From: an uncultured Chloroflexia bacterium
GTDB lineage: Bacteria; Chloroflexota; Limnocylindria; Limnocylindrales; CSP1-4
Assembly: GCA_963838285.1 (NCBI GenBank)
Contig: CAWIQP010000005.1
Span: forward strand, 2,075 to 66,074
Length of the DNA stretch: 64,000 bases
Direction of reading: 5' to 3'
In this document: positions 11,039-20,369 of the stretch, piece after piece
How the letters are laid out: every line of letters starts with the position of its first letter
Position numbering within the stretch: position 1 is the first letter of the stretch
Program-made: the position numbers and the translations under genes
The notes under the pieces: generated by a model
The model's input: the letters and a program-made list of their open reading frames with translations, nothing else
The model's database searches: none
What the model was told of the DNA's origin: nothing

Positions 11039-11362
11039 TTGTACGCATCGGACAAGACACTGGTTTGCCAGGACTGCAACCAGGAGTTCGTCTTCAGTTC
11101 GAGTGAGCAGCAGTTCTACGCGGATCGCCAGTTCAGCGAACCGCGCCGCTGCCCCTCCTGCCGAGCGGCCCGCAAGGCGCAGCGCGGCGACTTCGGCGGT
11201 GGATCCCACAGCGGCGGCGGTCGCGGTGGCTACTCCTCCGGTCCGCGCGAGATGTTCTCGGCCACGTGCTCGAGCTGCGGCCGTGAGGCCCAGGTCCCGT
11301 TCCGCCCCAGCGGCACCAAGCCGGTCTACTGCAGCGACTGCTTCACCGCTCGTCGCGCATAG
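11039..11362 (+). CDS. Zinc-ribbon protein with CxxC-x17-CxxC domain
   Basis: DKTLVCQDC...FY...PRRCPSCR, Gly-rich linker, CSSC...VPFRP...PVYCSDCF; AAGGAG RBS before TTG 11039. Confidence 0.9.
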   Translation: MYASDKTLVCQDCNQEFVFSSSEQQFYADRQFSEPRRCPSCRAARKAQRGDFGGGSHSGGGRGGYSSGPREMFSATCSSCGREAQVPFRPSGTKPVYCSDCFTARRA

Positions 11363-11394
11363 CATCGGGCCGCGAGGCCCAGGCGAATAGCTTC

Positions 11395-11429
11395 AGAACC
11401 CGGCGAGAAATCGCCGGGTTCTCGTTTTC
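11395..11429 (+). terminator. Intrinsic terminator
   Basis: AGAACCCGGCGA-GAAA-TCGCCGGGTTCT followed by CGTTTT. Confidence 0.8.
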
Positions 11430-11466
11430 CGCGAGGATCCCGTCGATCGGCGGCGGCGACCGGGTA

Positions 11467-12792
11467 TCAGGCGATGGCTATCTTCGCGAGGGTCGATGCC
11501 GCCGCGACCGGGTCGGCCCAGTCGGCGTTCGACAGGACGACCGCTGTGACGTGGTAGGCCGGCAGATACTCCATGGCCGACCAGAACCCGTCGAGGTAGC
11601 CGCGGTGACCCCAGGCCGTCTGACCGGCGACCGTGATCTCCTCGAACCCCATTCCGTACGGGTAGGGCGGCTTCTTGGCGAAGGCCATCGACGGCGAGAT
11701 GTCCACCATCGAGGCCAGGGTCGCCTGGTCCAGCACGTCCCCGCTGTAGAGGGCGGTCGCCCAGAGGGCCAGGTCGGTCGGCGTGGACACGAAGGCGCCG
11801 GCGAAGCCGACGGCCGTGGCCTCGGCGGTGAAGGGAATCATGGTCCCGGCCGACCTGTCGACCGGCGCGGAGGCCTTGCCGATGTAGCCGTGGGCCTCGG
11901 CGCCCTGAACGTCCTCCTCGGTCTGCAGGTAGGTGTGCTGGAGCCCGAGCGGCGTGAGGAACGTCGACCGGACCAGCTGCGCGACCGACTGTCCGGTGGC
12001 CTTCTCGACGACCAGCCCGAGCAGGACGAAGTCCGTGTTGGAGTAGTGGTATCCGGATCCGGGCGCCCAGTACGGTTTGCCGACCATGGCCAGCACCTGA
12101 GCGGCCGTCCACTTGGCGGCCGGGTGGGCGACGATGGCCTCGGGAATGCCCGTCGTCTGGTCGAAGAGATCCCTGATGCCGCTGGTGTGGTTCAGCAGCT
12201 CCCGGATAGTGATGTTGGCGGCGTTGGGGAAGGTCGGCAGGTACTTGGACAGCGGGTCGTCCAGGCCGATCGTTCCGACTTCGGAAAGCCGGCCGACCAG
12301 CGCCGCCACGAAGGTCTTGCTGACGCTTCCGATCGAGAAGAGCGTGTCGGTCGTGAGCGGCGTGGACGGCGAAAGGACGGCCGAGCCCGACACACCCGAC
12401 CAGACCGAGCCGTCCGGGAAGACCAGGGCCGCCGACACTCCGGGGTACCTCCCGCCGCTGCGGATACCGTCCAGGGCGGTCTGGAGGGCCTTGGCCGTGG
12501 CATCGTCGAGGTGGGCGGCCGGAGCGGTTGGAGGCGCGAACCGCGAGATGGGAACCGGAACGATGGAGGCGTTGGGCGTGGCCGCGGGCGATGCGGACGC
12601 CGTCACCGAACCTGCCGGAGTCGCGGTGGCCGCGAGCGTCGCCGCCGGCGCGCTCGGCGCCGCCGCAAACGTGAGCGAGGGAGTGGGCGACGCGGTGCCG
12701 CAGGCCGCGACCGCGGCAGCCAGCAACAGCGCCGCGACGGCGGCGATGCTGGCGGAGGGGCCGGTTCGGAGCCGGCGGCCGGCGGGGGTCAC
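11467..12792 (-). CDS. Serine hydrolase (beta-lactamase/D,D-peptidase family) lipoprotein
   Basis: SVSK, LLNHTSG, YSN, GHRG motifs; lipobox-like VAAC; Ala/Pro/Thr linker. Confidence 0.9.
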   Translation of the reverse strand: MTPAGRRLRTGPSASIAAVAALLLAAAVAACGTASPTPSLTFAAAPSAPAATLAATATPAGSVTASASPAATPNASIVPVPISRFAPPTAPAAHLDDATAKALQTALDGIRSGGRYPGVSAALVFPDGSVWSGVSGSAVLSPSTPLTTDTLFSIGSVSKTFVAALVGRLSEVGTIGLDDPLSKYLPTFPNAANITIRELLNHTSGIRDLFDQTTGIPEAIVAHPAAKWTAAQVLAMVGKPYWAPGSGYHYSNTDFVLLGLVVEKATGQSVAQLVRSTFLTPLGLQHTYLQTEEDVQGAEAHGYIGKASAPVDRSAGTMIPFTAEATAVGFAGAFVSTPTDLALWATALYSGDVLDQATLASMVDISPSMAFAKKPPYPYGMGFEEITVAGQTAWGHRGYLDGFWSAMEYLPAYHVTAVVLSNADWADPVAAASTLAKIAIA

Positions 12793-12877
12793 GACGCGAA
12801 TGATGCACCCATGAGCCGGTTCCTCGCCGCGCGCGGGTTCCGCGCCGCGGGCGTCGCCATGGGCGCCGCGCCCGACG

Positions 12878-13609
12878 TCAGCGACGGCCGCCGCCGAAGA
12901 GCCGGAGCAGGAACAGGAAGATGTTGACGAACTCGAGGTAGAGCAACAGCGCGCCGATCACCGCGGCCTTCTCCATCGACCCCGTCATCGCCGCGAACTG
13001 GCCGCGCGAGATGCGCTGGACCGTGGACGCGGTGAGAGCCGTGAAGATGATCACGCCGGCGATGGAGATGAGCATGTCGAGCATGCTGTTGCCCACGAAC
13101 ATGTTCACGAGAATGGCGATGAAGAGGCCCCAGGTCGCCATCGCCAGGTAGCCGAACATGTTCGTTAGCGATCGCTTCGTGACTGCCCCGTACAGGGCGG
13201 CTCCGCCGAACATCGCCGCCGCGCTGACGAATGCCTCGACCACCGTCGCCGCCGAGCCGGACTGGGCCGTGTAGGCGAGGATGATCACGCCGAAGGTCAG
13301 CCCGTTGAGAGCGGCATAGATCAAGAACAAGGCCAGCGCCATCAGCGCGTTGATCCGCCGGATGGCCACCTGCAAGCCCACGCCGATGACCATCTCGACG
13401 ATGATCAGGGGCAGCCACAGGTTCAGCACGGTGTCCGTCAGGCCGGTGCTGTTCTCGACCAGGAAGGCGACCCACGCGCTCAGCAGCAGGCCGAGGAACA
13501 TCCAGACGAACGCCTGGGTGAGAAACCCGACCGACAGAGTGGCGGCGGGCCGTACGCCGAGCTGCTCGGGCGCGTAGCCGCTCCGCGGGTCGTATCGATA
13601 GTCGTTCAC
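12878..13609 (-). CDS. Bax inhibitor-1/YccA family membrane protein
   Basis: About 7 TM; C-terminal GALLLYLEFVNIFLFLLRLFG. Confidence 0.92.
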   Translation of the reverse strand: MNDYRYDPRSGYAPEQLGVRPAATLSVGFLTQAFVWMFLGLLLSAWVAFLVENSTGLTDTVLNLWLPLIIVEMVIGVGLQVAIRRINALMALALFLIYAALNGLTFGVIILAYTAQSGSAATVVEAFVSAAAMFGGAALYGAVTKRSLTNMFGYLAMATWGLFIAILVNMFVGNSMLDMLISIAGVIIFTALTASTVQRISRGQFAAMTGSMEKAAVIGALLLYLEFVNIFLFLLRLFGGGRR

Positions 13610-13695
13610 CGAAATCCTCCGATCGAGGTCCAGAATGTCTGCGGGTCGCGGGATCCCCGGCCCGTCTCCTCAGTCGTTTGGCTTGCCCGTCGATC

Positions 13696-14397
13696 CTACG
13701 ACGTGCGCTGCCGCTCCGGAAGGTCCGGACGCGGCCTTTCCGCCGGCGTGGCCTCGTCGAGCCGGTCGGGCCGCCTGCGCTCCGGCGCGCGCGATGGCGT
13801 GGCCGCTCGAGACTCGGCCTGTTCGGCAGCCCGGGCGTAGACCCACAGCAAGTCCGCCAGGCGGTTTAGGTAGGGTAGGAGCCGGTCGTCGGGGATCGGC
13901 TCGGCGCGCCGGATCGCGACCGCTCGACGTTCCGCTCGCCGCACTATCGTGCGGGCCAGCTCGAGAGCCGCCGACAGGCGCGTCTCGCCCGGAACGACGA
14001 ACTCCCTGGGCATCTCGATCGAGGTCTCCGTCTCGGCCAGCAGGTCGTCGAGGCCGTCGACCATGTCGGCGGTCACGAGCGTCTCGCCCGGCCTCTGGCG
14101 ATCCGCGACGGCCGGCACCGTGGCCAGCTCGGCGCCGGCCACGAATAGCTCGCGCTGGACGCGCAGGATCGACTCGGGCAGCCGGGCCAGCGTCCGCGGC
14201 AGCGAACCGTCCCGCTCCTGGAGACTCAGCTCGGCGCGCGCAAGCCCCAGGGCCGCGACCGCCTCGTCGATGGTTCCGCAGGCCTCGGTCCGGGCGTCGT
14301 CCTTGAAGACACGTTCACCGCCGAACAGCAGGCCCGTGGTGCCGTCGTCGCCGCGTCGGGTTGCGACCGTTGACTTGCGTTCCGGCTTGTCGGGCAT
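13696..14397 (-). CDS. Corrinoid adenosyltransferase (PduO type)
   Basis: TRRGDDGTTGL, GTIDE, FVVPG, ARTIVRRAERR, YLNRLADLLW. Confidence 0.9.
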   Translation of the reverse strand: MPDKPERKSTVATRRGDDGTTGLLFGGERVFKDDARTEACGTIDEAVAALGLARAELSLQERDGSLPRTLARLPESILRVQRELFVAGAELATVPAVADRQRPGETLVTADMVDGLDDLLAETETSIEMPREFVVPGETRLSAALELARTIVRRAERRAVAIRRAEPIPDDRLLPYLNRLADLLWVYARAAEQAESRAATPSRAPERRRPDRLDEATPAERPRPDLPERQRTS

Positions 14398-14419
14398 GGT
14401 CCCTCAGTCTCTCAGCGCG

Positions 14420-14824
14420 TCACCACATCAGACCGGCGTCGCGCGGGTCCCAGCGTTCGGCCAGCAGAGTCACCTTGACCGGATGCTCGAGCACCGACTC
14501 CGCCTGGTCCTTGATCTGCTGGACCATCGAGCCGGCGTAGGGGCAGAACGGGGTCGTCAAGAGCATCTTGATCTCGGACGATTCGCTGCCGACGATGATC
14601 TGCCTGATCAGGGCCAGCTCGACGACGTCCATCCCCAGTTCGGGGTCGACGACGGAGCGGAGGGCATCGAGGATCGCCAGCTCGGTAGCCCGGCGTACGG
14701 GGTCGAACGCGGGCGTCGCGTCGGCTGCGGACGGCTCGGAGGCGGGCGGCGTTGGAGCGGCAGCGGCCGCGGCGCCGGGGGTGTTCGTGGGGGCGGCCTG
14801 GACGGCCGGCGTGATGTCGCTCAT
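14420..14824 (-). CDS. DUF59/SufT metal-sulfur cluster assembly factor
   Basis: VVDPELGMDVVELAL, LTTPFCP. Confidence 0.88.
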   Translation of the reverse strand: MSDITPAVQAAPTNTPGAAAAAAPTPPASEPSAADATPAFDPVRRATELAILDALRSVVDPELGMDVVELALIRQIIVGSESSEIKMLLTTPFCPYAGSMVQQIKDQAESVLEHPVKVTLLAERWDPRDAGLMW

Positions 14825-14878
14825 GGCGAGCGATATCCTACCAGTTTCCTCGGAATAGTGGAATCCGGGTCGTGGCGG

Positions 14879-15238
14879 TCACGATCCGGCGCCCGCCGCG
14901 GCATTCCTTCCGGCGGCGAGCTTCGCCCCGGCGACGACGACGCCCGGGATGCGTAGATCTTCGGGCAGGACGGAGGCCTCTTCGTCGCTGAAGCCCGGGC
15001 CGGCCAGGGTGCCGTCGCGCCCGATGAACTCGCGGTATAGGTCCGGGTGTTCGGCGGCGTAGCGGTAGGCCTGGGCTATGCCGACGACTCTCAGCTCCGG
15101 ATGCTCGCGCAGCAGCCGCGCCACGCCGTACCCGTCGCGCCTCATCTCCAGCAGCTGGCGCACGGTCAGCCGGGTGTTGTAGCAGAACGGCTCACCGCGC
15201 ATGACGAGCGGATCGACCTTCACCCACTTGATCGTCAT
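14879..15238 (-). CDS. DUF433 domain protein
   Basis: DPLVMRGEPF..TRLTVRQLL...HPEL..AYRYA pattern. Confidence 0.8.
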   Translation of the reverse strand: MTIKWVKVDPLVMRGEPFCYNTRLTVRQLLEMRRDGYGVARLLREHPELRVVGIAQAYRYAAEHPDLYREFIGRDGTLAGPGFSDEEASVLPEDLRIPGVVVAGAKLAAGRNAAAGAGS

Positions 15239-15298
15239 GTCAGCCTCCGAGTCCGGTGGGCCGCGGCGACCGGCGCGGCACGGTGGCGAGGAACGCGG

Positions 15299-15976
15299 TC
15301 AGACGCCGCGATACATCCACTTCCAGAGCGCGTTGCGCTTGTGGCGATCGCCGGCGAGGCGGCCGTTGCGCTTGAAGACGGCGGTAGCGGCCTGGAGTGA
15401 GCCCGTAGCCGCGGCGAGCTCGTCGGGGCCGAGCAGCGGCCCGATCGTCTCCCCAATCGCCGCGCAGAGGGCGCTCAGATCGCCCAGCGGCACGCCCCGG
15501 CGGCGATAGATGGGGCCGATCCACTCGGCGTATTCGATCAGCCAGCGGTCGTTGCCGCTTGCCAGGCACATCGCCAGGCGTTCCACGAGCAGCTCGCCGT
15601 CCCGAAGCAGGCGGCGCAGCCCGACCTCGTCGTACCTGCCGCTCAGCGCGGGGTCGGCCTTCACGGCGGCCTCGAGAGCCGAAGCGGAAACGCGAGCGGC
15701 GACGCCGCGGAGCTTCTCGGCGGCCGCGGGATGGCCGGCCTTCATGTCGACGGGAGACAGGCCCAGGTTCGGATGGCGGCCAGCAGGGCGAACCGCGACG
15801 CTCGGGCCGGCGGCGATCGCCTTCGCCTCGGTGGGGGCTTTCGCGGCTTGCGCGGTCGCCGCGGCTCTTGGTCGCCTCGTGGCTCGGGCGGGCTCCGGGG
15901 TTCCGGCGGGCGTCGACGAAGGCTTTTCGACTGCTTCGCGGGTGGGCTTGGCGCCGGAGGCGCGGCTCTCTGTCAC
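15299..15976 (-). CDS. Hypothetical protein with globin/phycobiliprotein-like C-terminal domain
   Basis: Low-complexity N-terminus, then helical LLRDGELLVERLAMCLASG...IYRRRGVPLGDL...LLGPDE; -10 TAGACT 7 nt before GTG. Confidence 0.7.
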   Translation of the reverse strand: MTESRASGAKPTREAVEKPSSTPAGTPEPARATRRPRAAATAQAAKAPTEAKAIAAGPSVAVRPAGRHPNLGLSPVDMKAGHPAAAEKLRGVAARVSASALEAAVKADPALSGRYDEVGLRRLLRDGELLVERLAMCLASGNDRWLIEYAEWIGPIYRRRGVPLGDLSALCAAIGETIGPLLGPDELAAATGSLQAATAVFKRNGRLAGDRHKRNALWKWMYRGV

Positions 15977-16097
15977 GACGGGAAGTCTAGCCTGACGAGC
16001 CCCCGGCCGCTGAGCGGGCTACCCCTCGGTCCGCCCGCGCGAGCTCGCCGAGCGCAGGCGCGAAACCGCAACCCGCCGCTCGAGCCACGGCTCGAGG

Positions 16098-17420
16098 TCA
16101 GTACCCGCCCAGGCCGAAGCCGCCGGACGAGAGCTCGTCGCGTATCGCGCCCGGGGTCAGCTGCTCGCGCAGCAGCCGCCCGTATCGAGCGACATGCTCG
16201 CTTGCCGGCCCAAGCTCGAACCAGCGGCGCAGCAGACGCTCGCCTTCGTGCGCGGCCAGGACGTGGGTCCGGTAGATCGGGTGCTCGATGAACTCCAGCC
16301 GCTGCAGCGCCCTGTCGGGTGCTATCGGCAGATAGTGGCGCAGATACGCCGCCACTTCCTCCCGGGACGCGCCGTCCGCGTGGAGCAGGAAGGCGGCGCC
16401 GGCCGTCACGGGCCGCAGGCTCGCCAGGGCCCGCCGGATGCGGACCTCCTTCTCGGCCGCGTCGCGGGCGCCGGTCGGATCGGCGGCGACGGTCAGGCCG
16501 CCGCGGTCGAACAGCTCGAGCAGAAGTTCGGGCAGGTCCTCGTCCGAGGCGACCATTCGCTCGCCGAGATATGCCATTCCCTCGGTGACGAGAGCCTCGG
16601 GCGTGTTCAGAATCGCCAGGCTCGTTTCCAAACGGCCGAGGTCGTCGACCAGCCGGCTCTCCTTCCAGACGTGCTCCGTGTGCCGGCCGGGATAGAACTC
16701 GTGGGCCGCCATGTGGATCAGCCCCGCCGGCCTGCACGGCACGTCCCGGCTTACCTCGGCTACCGTCCGGCGGCTGCCCTCGTACCGACTGAAGGAGCCC
16801 CACGACCGACCGGAGACGAACGCGACCTCGATTCTCTCGCCGGCGGGGAGGCCCACCAGCCGGTCGGTTCGATCCCGGAGCCGGTCGAGCAGCCAGTCGA
16901 GAACGGCCGGCAGCCGATCCGGGGATATGTCGAAGCTTGCGTCCCAGGCCGCCAGTCGATCGGCGACGGTCTCGTTTCCGGCGGCCCCGGTCGGGAGCAG
17001 CCTGCCGAGGTCCTCGATGGCCGCCTCGAAGATCGCCTCCGACGTCCTTTCGGGCGCGATGTCGAAGAGGCAGGAGACGTAGTCCGAATACGGCAGCGGA
17101 TCGCCGGCGAGCATCAGCGCCTGGGCCTCGAGGGCGACCAGCTGGGCCTGCAGCCAGCGCCGCCGGTCCGGCTCCTCGACGTCGGAGGAGAGCCGGGCAT
17201 CGAACGCGGAGGCCTCCTCGCGGAGCCTGGCCGGCGTGCGCGGTGCCTCGGCGTCGACCAGGGCCTTCAGCTCGGCGGGACCGAAGTAGGTGTCGACGAG
17301 ACCGGGCAGCAGCCTGCCCAGGCGAAGCGCCAGCAGCAGGTAGTCGCGGGCGATCGGGTCGGGCGACGGAACTCGGCGCTCCTCCCCAGCCGCCGGCACG
17401 CGATCGTGGCCCAGCTCCAT
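16098..17420 (-). CDS. DUF885-like zincin metallopeptidase-family protein
   Basis: AHEFYPGRHTE motif plus downstream TEGMA; VDTYFGP N-terminus. Confidence 0.7.
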   Translation of the reverse strand: MELGHDRVPAAGEERRVPSPDPIARDYLLLALRLGRLLPGLVDTYFGPAELKALVDAEAPRTPARLREEASAFDARLSSDVEEPDRRRWLQAQLVALEAQALMLAGDPLPYSDYVSCLFDIAPERTSEAIFEAAIEDLGRLLPTGAAGNETVADRLAAWDASFDISPDRLPAVLDWLLDRLRDRTDRLVGLPAGERIEVAFVSGRSWGSFSRYEGSRRTVAEVSRDVPCRPAGLIHMAAHEFYPGRHTEHVWKESRLVDDLGRLETSLAILNTPEALVTEGMAYLGERMVASDEDLPELLLELFDRGGLTVAADPTGARDAAEKEVRIRRALASLRPVTAGAAFLLHADGASREEVAAYLRHYLPIAPDRALQRLEFIEHPIYRTHVLAAHEGERLLRRWFELGPASEHVARYGRLLREQLTPGAIRDELSSGGFGLGGY

Positions 17421-17512
17421 GCGTTCTCCGGTCCGGAATGCGCGATCCCTCGGGCCGCGTACCGCGGCGGCCTCCGGATCGGAATGGTAGCGGCCCGCCG
17501 GGCGAGCGTCCC

Positions 17513-17592
17513 GGCGCGAGCGGCGCGTCCGGCGCGTAGTGGCGCGTCCGGCGCGTAGTGGCGCGTCCGGCGCGTAGTGGCGCGTCCGGTGG
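17513..17592. repeat. Tandem repeat (GGCGCGTCCGGCGCGTAGT)n, about 4 units
   Basis: Read directly from the sequence. Confidence 0.85.
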
Positions 17593-17627
17593 GCCGCTGC
17601 CCTCTCGGACCGTCGGCCCCAGCGGCG

Positions 17628-18581
17628 CTAGCGTTGCCCCTCCAGCGAGAGCCGATCGATCCAGTTCTCTCGGGCCGCCCGCATGGCGATCGTGCGCGGG
17701 CCGGGGGCTCCACTCCCGATCTTCCTGCCGTCGAGCGAGACGAAGGGAACGATGCCACCGATGCTCGAGCAGACCGCGGCCTCCTCGGCCTCGAAGACAT
17801 CCTCGAGGCGGAGGTCCCGCTCGACCATGCTCAGACCCACCGCGCTGCCGTGGTCGACCAACCAGGCCCGCGTGGTGCCGGCGAGGAGCCCCGTGCCGAG
17901 TCGGGGAGTGGCGCATTCGTCGCCGCGTATCAGCAGCACGTTGGCCGTGGTGGCCTCGGCAAGGCGGCCGTCGGTGGTCAGGAAGATGGCGTCGTCCGCG
18001 CCGGCGCGTTGCGCCTCGAGGCGGGCGTAGACCAGCTCTGCCCGCGAGGTCGTCTTGATGCCGGCCACCGGAGAGTCGGGATCGCGGTGGACCGCGCTGA
18101 CGATCAGCCGCTCGCCGTCCTGCAGGGCGCGCGCGGCCGGCGGCGTGAACGGCCAGGCCTGGATCGCCACCGACGCCGTGCCGCCGGACGAAGGGGCGAC
18201 ACTCCGGGTTGGGTCATAGCCGCGGCTCACGGTTATGCGGATGACCGCGTCGCCCGGGGGCTCCACTCCGTCCCAGCCCTCCGCCGCGAGCAGCTCCGAG
18301 ATGCCGGCCGCCAGAACGCCGTCCTCGAAGGGCAGCTCGAAGTCGAGCGATCGCAAGCTGGCGTGAAGTCGAGCCAGGTGTCCGTCCAGCTCGATGGCTA
18401 CGCCGCGCTTCGCCCTAAGGGCCTCGAAGACGCCGTCGCCGAGCTGGAACCCGCGGTCGTAGACGGATAGGTGAGTGCCGCCCGACGGCAGCAGCTTCCC
18501 GTCGAACCAGACGTGCGCCGCGCCGGGCTCGGTTCGCGCGGGTCGTGTCGTGGTGGCCTGGGTCGCGGTGGGATGGGTCAC
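17628..18581 (-). CDS. Aminotransferase class IV (IlvE/PabC/D-amino acid aminotransferase family)
   Basis: DRGFQLGDGVFE, HLARL, IKTTSR (PLP Lys), EATTANV, LLAGTTR; GGAGG before GTG 18581. Confidence 0.9.
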   Translation of the reverse strand: MTHPTATQATTTRPARTEPGAAHVWFDGKLLPSGGTHLSVYDRGFQLGDGVFEALRAKRGVAIELDGHLARLHASLRSLDFELPFEDGVLAAGISELLAAEGWDGVEPPGDAVIRITVSRGYDPTRSVAPSSGGTASVAIQAWPFTPPAARALQDGERLIVSAVHRDPDSPVAGIKTTSRAELVYARLEAQRAGADDAIFLTTDGRLAEATTANVLLIRGDECATPRLGTGLLAGTTRAWLVDHGSAVGLSMVERDLRLEDVFEAEEAAVCSSIGGIVPFVSLDGRKIGSGAPGPRTIAMRAARENWIDRLSLEGQR

Positions 18582-19289
18582 GCGAGCCTCCGCGGCGGTG
18601 GGAGAGGTGGGGCGCTCAGCCGAGGGGGAAGCGGAGCGCCCCATGACGCGGATGGTGCGGGAAGAGCGGCCACCGTGACGGGACCCACGATCTCCTCTCG
18701 AGCGATCGCCCGCGAGGAGAGGCCCGCTCCGTCCGAACGGAATGATAGGCGCGAACGGCAATCGTGCGCTGGCACCCTCGGCGTGACCCGACCGAGCAGT
18801 ACATCCGTGAGGACGGGTGAAGGTGGCGAGTGCGCCGCGGCCGCCATGCGATCGCGGATCTGCCGTGGGGTGACGTAACGGTGTCCGCGCGTCGACCGGC
18901 TGTTCGGCGCCACGGTCGGGGGTTCGGAGTCGGCCGTAGGTCCCGCGCGGCGCCCGGGGGCGATCCCCGCGGAAAGTCGCGGCGCGCGGGGTCGATCCCG
19001 CGGACAGTCGCGGCGCCCGGGGGCGATCCCCGTGGGCCGGCCGCACACGAAGGAGCGTCGGCGAGATGTGGTCCCCGCCGGGCGGCCACTCCGGATCCGC
19101 GGATTCTGGACAGATGCCAATGGGTGTAGCACGAGGCGGGAACCTGGCCATTTCCGGCCAGCGTCAACGGGCCCGGTGGCCGCGATTCCCCTCGGATTCC
19201 CGTCGAGAGGCGCCATGCGACCGGCGGCGGTGGGCGTCGGCGGGTGCAGACGGCCGCGTCACTCGCCGTGGCGGCAGGCGTCCCGGACT

Positions 19290-19553
19290 TGTGCTACCCG
19301 GGTTTGCATCTGGCCTGTTTGCAGCCCGGATCGGGCGCCCTGTGCTACCCGGGTTTGCATCTGGCCTGTTCCCGGGGCGGGTCGCCGCGCGGCGACCCGG
19401 TCAAGGTCGCCGCGCGGTCATGCCGGCGTCTCTCTCGGGCGCCAGTACTCCGTCGCCGCCCTCGGGCGGCCGCGCGGTCATGCCGGCGCCGCTCTCGGGC
19501 GCCAGTTCTCCGGAGCCGCCACCGGGCGGCCCGCGGTCGTGCCGGTGCCGCTC
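19290..19553. repeat. Perfect 30-bp direct repeat x2 (19290, 19341) plus about 2.4 copies of a 60-bp tandem unit
   Basis: TGTGCTACCCGGGTTTGCATCTGGCCTGTT twice; CGCGCGGTCATGCCGGCG...CTCTCGGGCGCCAGT at 19411 and 19471. Confidence 0.85.
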
Positions 19554-19568
19554 CATTCGCCCTGAGGT

Positions 19569-20300
<732 letters not shown>

Positions 20301-20369
20301 CGTTGTGTCTCCTTGGCGGGCCGCGCGAGGCGGCCGCGATGCGTTCGGATCGGTTCTCGGCGGGCGGTG

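Noticed and set aside
18775-18820. Resemblance of GACCGAGCAGTACATCCG to ykkC/ppGpp riboswitches found before ilvE
   Set aside because: It lies on the strand opposite the aminotransferase and lacks the AGGGUUCC and 3' AAAAG..C..G elements.
18900-19120. c-di-AMP or SAM riboswitch-like fragments (GAATCC...GGGGACC...CCGAACCC)
   Set aside because: The conserved CAGCTAAC (c-di-AMP) and SAM-I core motifs are missing.
19290-19370. Possible mini CRISPR array (30-bp repeat x2)
   Set aside because: Only two repeats, 21-bp spacer, no cas genes or AT-rich leader.
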